From assembly GCA_963808625.1 (NCBI GenBank), contig CAWEHK010000033.1, positions 128,001-192,000 on the forward strand: a stretch of 64,000 nucleotides of DNA, read 5' to 3'. Of the stretch, positions 31,433 through 41,740 are shown one piece after another (position 1 is the first letter of the stretch; each line of letters starts with the position of its first letter). Below the pieces are notes generated by a model that worked only from the letters and a program-made list of their open reading frames with translations, made no database searches and was not told where the DNA came from. The translations under genes were made by a program, and so were the position numbers. Origin of the DNA: an uncultured delta proteobacterium. GTDB taxonomy: Bacteria; Desulfobacterota; Syntrophobacteria; Syntrophobacterales; Syntrophobacteraceae.

Positions 31433-32005
31433 ATGGCGATAGCAGGAATTAGTAATCGGAATGTCTTTGCGAAACATTTAACCATTGGCACAAAGTGCCT
31501 ACTAGTAGTTATATTCATGACTACGCTAGGATGTTCTTGTGGCCGTGGCACTCTTTACATTCCATCATCAATAAATACAATGCCTAAAAGCAATATGGTG
31601 CTGGTTGCCACCCAAGACAATTTATACTTGCCTACAATAGCTAGCGTTGATGGTGTTGATATGCGTGATAGACATTGCATTTTAAAAAATACAAAAGATT
31701 ACGACATTTATTTAATGCCAGGAGCACATACCTTTCAGATTCAAACTGCTCACTGGGAATATATAGGATCATCTAATACTGTACATATATATAAAGGTTT
31801 CATACATAGCCCAGGGGTAGGAGGAGGTCCAGATATTGTATACCCTGGAGGAGCCCATTTTAAGGCGACCGTAATCACAAAACCATGCACGTTGCAATTG
31901 GACCGTCCTGGTGGGAAATATACTCAATTGGAAGTGATGAAACTCTGCGGCCTGATTTGTACACAATATGACTGTTATCCTTACTATAATACTCCGTCAG
32001 ATTAG
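31433..32005 (+). CDS. Putative lipoprotein, paralogue B
   Basis: SD AAGGA; lipobox-like TLGC; shares motifs with 29945-30505. Confidence 0.72.
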   Translation: MAIAGISNRNVFAKHLTIGTKCLLVVIFMTTLGCSCGRGTLYIPSSINTMPKSNMVLVATQDNLYLPTIASVDGVDMRDRHCILKNTKDYDIYLMPGAHTFQIQTAHWEYIGSSNTVHIYKGFIHSPGVGGGPDIVYPGGAHFKATVITKPCTLQLDRPGGKYTQLEVMKLCGLICTQYDCYPYYNTPSD

Positions 32006-32589
32006 GAGGCGTCACTCGACCTCAATTTCCTTTAAGAAACACTTGAATTTACGAAAAGTAAAGCTTGGCTGATCGATGTGCTATGCGCCCTCAGAGAATA
32101 TCCTGGAATTGCTAAAATAGTGATCACTGTGTATCAGCCTCTATTTTGAAATCCAACAGAATTCCACACCATGCTCAGATGCTGCCCTTGCGACCTGACG
32201 TTTTAAATCATCTAAAGAATATGCTTTTTCCATTATATCGCTATTCTTATATTTAATTGTCCACATCTTTAACGTGGCCCAATTGCAGCTCCAAGGTCAT
32301 TGTAAGGTTCCTTTCGGCTAGGAGAGTTGCGAATCGAAAATTCATTTAAGCTGAATAGTGTGTGGTTGCCAATCGGCTTCATAACTTGCCACTTGTTGCG
32401 TGCTTAGTCAACAAAGAATGCTCCCCTTCAAGAAAGAGTCGTCAGGCCACAGCCGAATCTGTTCCAACCAAAAACCCCATCTCAATTTGGGGTAGACCCA
32501 ACAGTCGTGTCACCAGGGGCCATTTGGAACATGGGTGTTGAGGGAGCAATGGAACAGAAAGGCCGGGTAAAGCACCACCATTGTATTGT

Positions 32590-33132
32590 TCATCGATGAT
32601 TAACAAACCAAGTACAGTAATCATCCAGTAATTCAACGTTTTTTGAGCTCTCATCTACAGGTTCCAAGTCGGCTAAGGGAAGATCGAATTTCTTTTTATC
32701 GGAAAGGCGCTGGACGTTAACGAAAATCCCTTCCGTATCATCAGAATCCTCGTAAAAATTGATTATCTTAAATTCATCAGTGTACGATGGGCGTGTCTTC
32801 TTTAGTTGTTCGTATTCCTTTTTATTGCCTGGGCCAAAGACATAATATTCTTCCCATCTGAAGTCTTCTCTTCCTGTCACAATGCACGGTAATTCGATAT
32901 TCTCTTTCAAATATTCCAGATATCTCCTGAGAGTCTCTTCATTGACATCAGTTTGTTCTTCAACTTCAACTCCCAAAACTGCAAAGATTCTTTTGTCCTG
33001 TAGAGAGAGTTTAGCGCTACCCTTCTTGACGATTTCTTGGAGTAATTTCTGCTTTTCCAGTTTGACCTCTGTACCACTCACTTCTGCGCCTACATTTCTC
33101 CCAAGCTTTTTCAGCCTTGATTTCTTTCCCAT
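32590..33132 (-). CDS. CcbP-like (calcium-binding family) passenger protein
   Basis: YLEYLKENIELPC.VTG.EDF.WEE.Y and LPLADLE...N.ELLDDY..WFVN resemble the Calci_bind_CcbP family (from memory). Confidence 0.65.
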   Translation of the reverse strand: MGKKSRLKKLGRNVGAEVSGTEVKLEKQKLLQEIVKKGSAKLSLQDKRIFAVLGVEVEEQTDVNEETLRRYLEYLKENIELPCIVTGREDFRWEEYYVFGPGNKKEYEQLKKTRPSYTDEFKIINFYEDSDDTEGIFVNVQRLSDKKKFDLPLADLEPVDESSKNVELLDDYCTWFVNHR

Positions 33133-33150
33133 ATGCAGGTGTTCCTTCCT

Positions 33151-33711
33151 TTATATGTTGTTCTCAGCATAATCGATTCGGTAGATAGTAGAGGTGTGTA
33201 CCCCGAAGGTCTTTGCAATCTGCTGGACGGATGTGCCTTCCGCCACCAGACGCTTTGCGAGCCTCTCTTGCTCCTCATTCAATTTCTTAGGACGCCCGAA
33301 TCGTACCCCACGCCTCTTGGCAGCCTCTCGGCCGGTCCCGGTTCGTTCACGGATCAGTTCACGCTCAAATTCGGCAATTCCAGCAAAAACCGTCAGGATC
33401 ATCTTGCCGGCATGTGAGGTGGTATCGGCCCAAGGCTCAGAAAGTGATTGGAAGTCGGCTCCGGCCCCTCTGATACTTTCGACGATATCGAGCAGATCCC
33501 GAGTAGAGCGTGCCAATCGATCTAATTTCCATATGATCACAGTATCTCCTTCCCGGAGTTGATCGAGCATCCGATGAAGCTCCGGGCGATTACGTTCTTT
33601 GCCGGAAGCTTTCTCTTTGAAGATGCGATGGCATCCGGCATTTTTGAGCGCATCGAACTGGAGATGGAAGTTCTGATCTTCTGTTGAAACCCGTGTGTAT
33701 CCGATTCTCAT
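33151..33711 (-). CDS. tnpR: Serine resolvase (recombinase family)
   Basis: MRIGYTRVST, WKLDRLARS, AEFERELIRERT, GRP, C-terminal HTH. Confidence 0.92.
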   Translation of the reverse strand: MRIGYTRVSTEDQNFHLQFDALKNAGCHRIFKEKASGKERNRPELHRMLDQLREGDTVIIWKLDRLARSTRDLLDIVESIRGAGADFQSLSEPWADTTSHAGKMILTVFAGIAEFERELIRERTGTGREAAKRRGVRFGRPKKLNEEQERLAKRLVAEGTSVQQIAKTFGVHTSTIYRIDYAENNI

Positions 33712-33724
33712 AGGCAATCCCCAT

Positions 33725-33856
33725 GGATCTTTTTTCGCAAAAGATAACGCAAAACAATTGACTTTTGCAAGTAAGTTTTGCGAAAAGAGCTGCGCTAGAA
33801 ATCGCTGAGTTTTCAGACCTTCAGGATCCAGTTGCATAACTTAGGAGTTTTGCGAA
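33725..33856. promoter_or_regulatory. Probable res site between divergent tnpR and tnpA
   Basis: Repeated inverted TTCGCAAAA/TTTTGCGAA motifs in the expected position. Confidence 0.65.
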
Positions 33857-36813
33857 TTGGAGGTTGCGGGAACAAACGTTGCTGACCGCTGGATATTGAC
33901 GCCTGAAGATCAAGTGCTCGTACTGGCCAAAAGTAGAGCAAACCGGCTAGGCTTCGCCCTGCTGCTCTTGTTCTATCGGACGCAAGGTCGGTTTCCAAAC
34001 ACGTCAGCGGAAATCGATCCGGGTGCTGCCGATCTAGTGGCGCGGCAACTTGGCATCGTTCTGACATCTTATGATGGCTTCGATACAGCCACTCGTACCT
34101 GGAAGCGTCATCGTGCCGAGATCCGTGCCTTATTCGGCTTTCGCGAATCGACGGTGGCCGATGCCGAAACGCTCTCCGAGTGGCTTCGTGATCAAGCTGC
34201 AGCGGCTGGTTGCGTTCCCGAGCACCTTGCTGAACTCCTGTATGCGCGATGTCGTGAACTGTTGATCGAGCCGCCGTCGGCCGACCGGGTTCGATCGTGT
34301 CGTGCGTTCCGCCATTCTTGCCCACGAGGAACGCTTTTGCGCAAGTATTTACAGTCGCTTGACACCGACTGTCCGTGTCCGGCTGGATGCGCTCCTACGG
34401 CCCGCAATGAGTAACGACGAGAGCTCAGAAGCTAAAGATGCGCACGGGACGGCCCCCACAATGCTTCTTCGGTTACGCGGTGACCCGGGCCAGCCGAGAC
34501 TTGCTAGCGTGGAGGACGAATTGGCCAAATTGGAGCTGATACGCCAACTCGGTCTGCCACCAGATCTGTTCGACCACGCACTACCGCACGAACTAGAGCG
34601 GTATCGTCGACACGTCGCGGTTGAAGCGCCCTACGAACTACGTCGACATCCGGAGGCAACCCGGCTGACCTGGCTGGCAGCCTTTGCCCATCTGCGCGGT
34701 CGCAGCCTGACCGACGACCTGGTCGACCTACTGATCGAGACCATCCATCACATCGGCGCACGCGCCGAGCGCAAGGTCGAGCGCGAACTGCTGGACGACC
34801 TCAAGCGCGTGACCGGCAAGCAGAACCTCCTGTTCGAACTGGCCGACGCCACGCTTGATCAACCAGATGGAATAGTGCGCGAGGTCGTGTTCCCGGTCGT
34901 CGGCGAGCAGACCCTACGCGATCTGGTCAAGGAATGGAAGGCAACGGGCCCGACCTATCGCACAACTCTGCGCACAGTAATCCGCAATTCTTACAGGGGC
35001 CATTACCGCCGCATGGTGCCGCAGGTTCTTCAGATCTTGGAGTTCCGTTCGAACAACGAGCGCCATCGTCCGGTCATCTTGGCGCTCGACCTCATTAAAC
35101 GCTACGCCGGCACCAAGGTGCATACCTTTCCGGTCGAGGAAGAGGTGCCGCTGGACGGTGTCGTGCGCGAGCCTCTGGCGCGAAGCAGTGACCGAGGAGG
35201 ACGCTCAGGGACGTCAACGCGTCAACCGGATTACCTATGAAATCTGCGTGCTCGAGGCCCTGCGCGATCAGTTGCGCTGCAAGGAGATCTGGGTGGTCGG
35301 TGCCAACCGCTACCGCAACCCAGACGAAGACTTGCCGGCCGACTTCGAGGCTCAGCGCGCGCCCTATTATCAGGCGCTGAATCTGCCACTTGATGCTGAA
35401 CGCTTCATCGCCGATCTACAGGCCGAGATGCGTGAAGTGCTTGCAGAGTCTCGATGCCGGTCTGCCGAACAACCCTTATGTCCGGATCAGTAACAAGCGC
35501 GGTGCCTGGATCACTCTGGCAGCCGCTCGATGCTCAGCCGGAACCGTCCAATCTTACCGCGCTCAAGGCCGAGATCACCGCCACATGGCCGATGACGAGC
35601 TTGCTCGACATGGTCAAGGAGGCCGATCTGCGTCTGAGCTTCACCGATGCGCTGAAGAGTCCGACGGCCTACGAGACATTGGATCGTTCTGTCCTGCAGC
35701 CACGTCTATTGCTCTGCCTGCATGGCCTCGGTACCAATGCCGGCCTGCAACGCATGGCCGGCCATCAGTCAGGCATGACCTACAAGGATCTGGCCTATGT
35801 GCGGCATCGCTATATCAGCGTCGACGCACTGCGTCGGGCCATCGCCATCGTGACCAACGGCACGCTGCATGCCCGCGACCCGGCCATCTGGGGCAACGGC
35901 ACGACCGCCTGCGCATCCGATTCCAAGCACTTCGGCTGCCTGGGACCAGAACCTGACGACGCAGTGGCACGTCCGTTATGGCGGCCGCGGCATCATGATC
36001 TACTGGCACGTCGAACGAAAATCGCTGTGCATTCATTCCCAACTCAAATCGCCGTCATCCTCCGAGGTTGCGTCGATGATCGAGGGCGTGGTTCACCACT
36101 GCACCGAGATGGAGATTGATCGACAATACGTCGATTCTCACGGTCAGAGCACGGTTGCCTTCGCGTTCTGTCGTCTGCTGGGTTTTCAGCTCATGCCACG
36201 ACTGAAGGCGATCCATTCTCAGAAGCTGTATCGGCCTGATACCGGACAACCAGATGCCTACAAGCATCTGCAGTTGGTACTGACCAAGCCGATCAATTGG
36301 GAATTGATCCGCCAGCAGTACGACCAGATGGTCAAATACACAACGGCACTGCGCCTGGGTACGGCCGAGACCGAAGCGATCCTGCGCCGCTTCACCCGAA
36401 ACAACGTTCAGCACCCGACGTACAAGGCATTCGCTGAGCTTGGCAAGGCGATCAAGACGATCTTCCTGTGCCGATACCTCCACAGCGAAGCGATGCGCCG
36501 CGAAATCCACGAGGGACTCAACGTCATCGAGCAATGGAACGGAGCTAACGACTTCGTCTTCTTCGCTCGTCGCGGTGAGCTTGCGAGCAACCGCCGCGAG
36601 GACCACGAGGTGAGCATGCTGGCATTACATCTGTTGCAGAATTGCATGGTCTATATCAATACACTGATGCTCCAACAGGTGCTCGCACAACCGCATTGGG
36701 AGGGGAAGCTCACCCTCAGAGATCTGAGTGCTCTGACGCCATTGATTTGGGAGCATGTCAACCCCTATGGCCGCTTCGAACTTGACATGAATACCCGTCT
36801 CCCGCTCAAATAA
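33857..36813 (+). CDS. tnpA: Tn3-family transposase, split by several frameshifts
   Basis: [64 protein letters not shown]. Confidence 0.95.
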
Positions 36814-37127
36814 TCCAAATGGCCCCTGGTGACACGACTGTTGGGTGTACCCCTTATAAGAGGATAATCAGTCTTTGAGAGGCAGGATCCCCTTTGGATT
36901 CTGCCTTTGTGGCAGTGAACGCTATTTAACCCAAGGGAGGCCCCAACGGAGCCTCCCTTCTTTTTTCCAGACAACAGGCAAGATCCGCAGTTCAGCTTCC
37001 TCTCCCCTGTCCGATCTATACAACCACCCCACCGGCTCAAAAATCCCAGAACGCGGCTGCCGCAACCTCTCCACAACCCGCACATCACGCCTCCAAAATC
37101 CGAGACCTGCCACCAAAACGCTTCCCC

Positions 37128-38080
37128 AATCCGAGACCTGCCACCGCTCCCCAAGGCTTGTTTGCCTTCTCCGCCCCAAGCTTCCCCGCCTTACCGCCCC
37201 AGCCAATCCGGGCCGTAAAAATCCGAGCGGCTTTGTGGTCGGCCTTTATTTGAATCAGGTTCAAAAGAACCAAGCTACAAAGTCTTAGCCAGTCGTGGAG
37301 TTACAAGGCGACGGTGAAAGCCAGCAGCCCAGATGCCGTCGTCCTTAAGTTGGCGCCTGATCACAGAGAGCTTACCGTCGGAGTCGACCACATCGGCAAC
37401 GAGAAAATTCCCCTCTGACTCGAACAGGAAGAATGTTGCGTACCCGTCAGCCCGAAGCCAGTTGCGATACTTTTTCACAAAGTTCTTTATCTGGGCCTGT
37501 GTGAAGCAGAGTTTCCTCACATCAGTATTCAGTTCGTCGAACATTTGCGAAAAAGTCGCATCCTCTGATCATCTCGTGGACACCGACAGGAGTTTCAGCC
37601 GTTGGATTGCCGATTTCATCGGCGTCTTTTTTGAACTCCGGGTCGATGTCACCGGTAAAGACGTCTTTCGCATTCGCCAAGTTTTCGGTTCCGCCAACAG
37701 CATCGACGGTGAGCGAGTAATCGCCGGAGATGAGCCGCAGAATAGGTTTTGTGACAACACCCGTCCAGCAATTCTCCTTGCGGAGAAACTTTTTCAGTTC
37801 AGCAAGCCATTCCTGGCCCGCTTCGCCCGACAACTTCTCATTCAGATCGCAGAGTACCCCGAGCATTTCCAGAGGGAGATCCACAATCTTACGAATTAAT
37901 ACACCGAGCATGTCTTTCATAGTCAATTCCTTTTCTCTTGTTTGACTTGTCTATTACGCCAGCCCACCGGCTTCACCGATCAAAAATCCGAGACCTGCCC
38001 AACTCCCAACGGCTTATTTACCCTCGCTACCCGATTCTCCCCAGCCTACCGTCCCAGCCAATCCGGGCCGTAAATATCCG
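37128..38080 (+). repeat. Diverged ~97-bp direct repeats (37128-37225 and 37985-38080) bracketing one gene
   Basis: Both begin AATCCGAGACCTGCC and end CCCAGCCAATCCGGGCCGTAAA(A/T)ATCCG; a third AATCCGAGACCTGCC lies at 37097. Confidence 0.8.
37275..37926 (-). CDS. Hypothetical protein resembling Patescibacteria (CPR) proteins; frameshift near 37560
   Basis: Two fragments join into ~215 aa: GQEWLAELKKFLRKE...ATFSQMF...KLCFTQAQIKNFVKKYRNWLRADGYATFFLF...W.A...RRLVTP. Confidence 0.7.
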
Positions 38081-38209
38081 GGACTTTTTCCGCCAAAAGT
38101 CCCGCATTTTTGATGCTCGCGTTCCGAATTTTTGACGGCCAGGTCCCGTAAATTGGACAAACAAAAAAAGCCCGGGCACAATGCAAGATGATATTCAACT
38201 AAACACCCC

Positions 38210-38845
38210 ATGAAACATTTACGCCTGGCGGGCCCCAAAAGAGAACTTCGCTCCCCTGCCCTGGCCGAAACCAAGCCAGTCATCGCTTGCCCCTATTGCT
38301 CATCGAGGCAACTCATTAAGAAGGGACAGCGCCGGAAAAAATATGAGCAAGTCCAACTATACTTTTGCCGCTGCTGCAAGCGGAAATTCACCCCGCTCAT
38401 CAACAAGCATCACTCCTACCCGCTCAAGGTCATCCAGGATGCCGTCACCCTTTACAATCGCTTTTACTCAATGCAAGAGGCAGCCAAAATAGTGACCGGA
38501 ACCTACGGCATCGCTGTCCGCCACCAAACCGTTGCCAAATGGCTTAAGGATTTCAAAGAATACCTCCCAATCTTAAAGACTCGGACCGCCCTTATGGCCA
38601 ATTATGATTTACGAAAAGCCTTTATTGAAGCGCGCCTCCTTCACGGCCAGGTGTACGACTTCAAGTGCCATTACGCCAAACTCGACTACCTTTTACACCG
38701 ACATCACTCAAATAGAATTTTCGGCAATCTGCAAGGCTTTCTAAAGGACGTCCCCAGCGCCTGCCCTCACGACCTTTTCCGGAAAGGGCCAAAACCAGCA
38801 ACCGCTCATCTAAACACCAGGATGTTTTTAGCCTCGATCAGGTAA
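38210..38845 (+). pseudogene. Zinc-ribbon + HTH protein (InsA-like N-terminus), probably 3'-truncated
   Basis: CPYC...KKG.R...QLYFCRCCKRKFT, YPLKVI.DA..LYN, H.QVYDF..H.AKL, CPHDLF; ends next to a Tn3 relic. Confidence 0.6.
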
Positions 38846-39011
38846 ATATATCTCCTCGACCGGCGAGCTCCGCAATTAAGAACGCTCGTTTCGTCCTGCA
38901 GGACCAACAGAAAAATAGCTGCTATTTGGGGCAACAAGAATCCATTAAAAATTGCATTTTTCTGATTTTCCCATGTTGGGCAAGCTTCTAGTTTAAATAT
39001 TCGCGGCACGG

Positions 39012-39590
39012 TTAGGCTGCCACGAGAAAGGATGGTTTGTCGAAATCAAGCCTAGAAACGCCATAGGGGTTGATATTCGAAGTAAATAGCGGCGTAAGCG
39101 CCCGGAAATCCTCTTTTGTCATCCGCTCCCCAAAAGCTTCATACTCAAAGACCCGTTCCACCATGAGGGTATTGACCAAAATAACGGCATTCTGCAACAG
39201 GTGGAGACAGAGAATGCTCAATTGTTGCATTTCGGGATTGTTGGTTTGGAGTTCGCTTTGGCGGTCGTAGCAGATGAATTCATTTTCCGCGTTGAAATTC
39301 TCAACCACATTCAGGACCTCATGCCTTTCATGACGGAGGCTTGGCGAGGTGATTTCGCGGCATAAATGAATGGTCTTGAGGGCTTTGCCAAGTTCGATGA
39401 ACGCCTTGTACAAAGGATTGGAGCGATTACGGGAATTAAATCGCCACAGAATGGACTCGGTCGGCCCTGTAGCTTCCGCGACGGCCACCACATGTTGGAC
39501 CATTTCATCATACTGTTCATAGGCCAGGTCCCAGCGGATGGGACGCGCCAGGATTCCTGCCAGATGCGGCAAACCATTCGCGGCTTTGGA
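39012..39590 (-). pseudogene. C-terminal remnant of a second Tn3-family transposase
   Basis: PIRWDL..EQYDEMV, YKAFIELGKALKTI, LHLLQN, LTPLFTSNINPYG; possible IR starting GGGGCAACAAG at 38928. Confidence 0.85.
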
Positions 39591-39824
39591 GTCTGGCAAG
39601 TAGGGGGTATCCCAACATTCGCACGATCAGGGGCAAAGTGGACTTCCAAGGCAATAAGAACGAACAGCATCAGCGTAAAGGCGATCCACCTGAGGCCATA
39701 GGCTCGCTTGGGTGGTGTTAATGTTTCGTACCTTGTGCTGCTTGAGGATGATGACACTGGCATTAGATCAATTTCTTCCATATCTTTCATTGGCCCGAAA
39801 AGTCATTCCTTACAAGGATATCCC

Positions 39825-40298
39825 TCAGAGGTCAGGAAACGCCTTGCGCGTGCAGTTCTCACACTTATACCCTTCAAGGCCGACACTGAAACCATCTTCA
39901 CCAAGTCTGATCGTGATTCCGCACCTGATACATTTTGTGGGTTCAAAATCGGGGACATCAGGAAGCTTCTCGAAATTATATTCGTTCGTTCCGCGATAAA
40001 CGTATAACTCCGTCGGAAATGCCTCACGGCAGTCAGAGCAATCCTTCCAATCACCGGAATGTCCTTCATTGTGATGATAGCCACATAAGGTATATCGCGC
40101 ATGATTGCGGTAGCAGCTGTTGCGAGCATACGAGAAGAGAACGTATTTATGTTCGTCATTGCAAATCCATTGTCCGCAGCATTCCGTTCTTATTAGATTT
40201 CCGATCTTCCAGCATAAACCACAACGGACTTGGTTATCAGGTGGGACAGATTTTGGTTTGCCAGATGCATCCTTCTTTAGTCTTGATTTCTTTCCCAC
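39825..40298 (-). CDS. Cys/His-rich hypothetical protein (probable zinc-binding)
   Basis: CGLC, TECCGQWIC, C.RNH.RYTLC..H, C..C, C..CG, C..C. Confidence 0.75.
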   Translation of the reverse strand: MGKKSRLKKDASGKPKSVPPDNQVRCGLCWKIGNLIRTECCGQWICNDEHKYVLFSYARNSCYRNHARYTLCGYHHNEGHSGDWKDCSDCREAFPTELYVYRGTNEYNFEKLPDVPDFEPTKCIRCGITIRLGEDGFSVGLEGYKCENCTRKAFPDL

Positions 40299-40347
40299 CG
40301 TTGAACAGCCCTTTCCATCAAAATGTAATTTAATGGTGCTTGTTTTA

Positions 40348-40385
40348 CGGGTCGTCTCAGAAAACGGATTACAAAGTACGCTAAG
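40348..40385 (+). repeat. Tn21/Tn501-type 38-bp terminal inverted repeat
   Basis: CGGGTCGTCTCAGAAAACGGATTACAAAGTACGCTAAG closely matches the Tn21-group IR; first G altered; no partner IR found. Confidence 0.85.
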
Positions 40386-40938
40386 CGTGCGCCGAGGCCG
40401 GAACCCAGCGGTAGAGCGTAGGAATGGATACGCCGAGGTTCTTGGCTACGTCTCTGGGCGGGACGCCACTGGCCAGCAGCTTCTTAGCCGACTCGATCTT
40501 GCCGTTTGTCATCTTTGGCTTGCGACCACCCTTGCGACCAAGCTGACGCGCGACTTCCAGCCCGGCACGAGTGCGCTCGACCGTCAACTCGCGCTCCATT
40601 TCGGCGAGGCTGCCCATGACGTGGAAGAAGAACCGGCCTGAAGGGGTGCCAGTGTCGATGGCGTCGGTGAGGCTCTTGAACTGGATGCCTTGCTTGTGCA
40701 GTTCGCCGACCAGATCGACTAGTTGCTTGACGCTGCGGCCCAGGCGATCCAGTTTCCAGACGACGAGGGTGTCGCCCTCGCGCAGCATTTCCAGAGCCTT
40801 GATTAGTGCGGGTCGCTCGGAGCGCGTACCACTGGCTTTGTCTTCAAAGACTTTCTTGCATCCGGCCTTGTTCAACGCCTCTCGCTGGAGATCCAGATTC
40901 TGATCTTGCGTTGAGACGCGTGCATAACCAATCAACAT
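40381..40938 (-). CDS. tnpR: Serine resolvase/invertase
   Basis: MLIGYARVST, WKLDRLGRS, LAEMEREL..ERT, GGRKP, TLYRW; stop lies inside the IR. Confidence 0.92.
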   Translation of the reverse strand: MLIGYARVSTQDQNLDLQREALNKAGCKKVFEDKASGTRSERPALIKALEMLREGDTLVVWKLDRLGRSVKQLVDLVGELHKQGIQFKSLTDAIDTGTPSGRFFFHVMGSLAEMERELTVERTRAGLEVARQLGRKGGRKPKMTNGKIESAKKLLASGVPPRDVAKNLGVSIPTLYRWVPASAHA

Positions 40939-41049
40939 GATAACAACCGTGTCCACAGCCTCGAAGCTGGGCATTCGGGAAATTTTGCGGTGTCGAAAGT
41001 GCTCGGCATTTGCATTGTGTCTACCGCTATGGGGTTGGATCGTATCTTT

Positions 41050-41420
41050 TCACTCTCTCAATGACAACGGCAGCACGCGCAAACGCGGCCGGTTTGGATC
41101 AAGAGTGACCAGGGCCCCTTCCTCCAACTCGGCTGTCATCTGCCTTAAGGCAACGATAATCGACTTGCCAATCACATCTGGGCTGACATCCTCCGAGCGG
41201 ATTTGAACGACGCTAGGTTTGTCGCCGTGTGTGGCGGCAAGGATCGCGCCGAACTCCAGATCGTGGGTGAGAACCACATAGTCGTTGGCTTTGGCGAAGG
41301 CCATGATCTCAGTGTCAGACGCGTTGCTCCTTCCAAGCGTCGACCAGTGGGTCGCCTCGAAACCCGCATCCCCGAGTATACCCAGCGTGGGGACAGGTTC
41401 ATATCGATCAGCAGCTTCAT
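41050..41420 (-). pseudogene. DUF5615 PIN-like toxin, frameshifted after codon ~14
   Basis: MKLLIDMNLSPRW in one frame; A.HWS, SD.EI, LTHDL(E)FG, PSVVQIR, R.RVLPL in another. Confidence 0.82.
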
Positions 41421-41653
41421 GCCCTGGCCAACTCGACTTCGCGCTCTTCAGTTCGCCACGCCGCATAGCGCAGTGCCTGCATGATATCCTCGCGTTCCAG
41501 ATACGGGTAGTCAGAGAGAATTTCCTCGATGTTGTGACCCGTCCCGATCTGGCCGACGATCATTCCCACTGTAACCCGCATGCCACGGATGCACGCCTTG
41601 CCGCCCATCACATCGGGCTGTTGGGTGATACGGTCAAATTGTCCCACGAGCAT
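41417..41653 (-). CDS. DUF433 antitoxin
   Basis: RIT..PDVMGGKACIRGMRVTV...EEIL.DYPYLE.EDI..AL.YAA; ATGA overlap with the toxin gene. Confidence 0.9.
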   Translation of the reverse strand: MLVGQFDRITQQPDVMGGKACIRGMRVTVGMIVGQIGTGHNIEEILSDYPYLEREDIMQALRYAAWRTEEREVELARA

Positions 41654-41740
41654 CTCCTTTTATCAAAACTCATTGAAACAGTAATCAATCGACAATAGTA
41701 TTTCAAGAACCATTTTCGAGAATGCAGAAGTCTTGGTTCC

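Larger units (their letters stand above)
32489..36853 (+). mobile_element. Complete Tn3-family transposon (4365 bp): passenger gene, resolvase, res, transposase
   Basis: 40-bp IRs GGGGTA(G/C)ACCCAACAGTCGTGTCACCAGGGGCCATTTGGA at 32489-32528 and 36814-36853 (1 mismatch). Confidence 0.93.

Noticed and set aside
7590..36813. Programmed frameshifting in the IS66, integrase or Tn3 genes
   Set aside because: Frameshifts are just as common in housekeeping genes, and integrase copy 3 is uninterrupted where copy 1 shifts, so sequencing error is the simpler explanation.
37275..37420. Complete diversity-generating retroelement
   Set aside because: No reverse transcriptase, Avd-like gene or template repeat is visible in the window.
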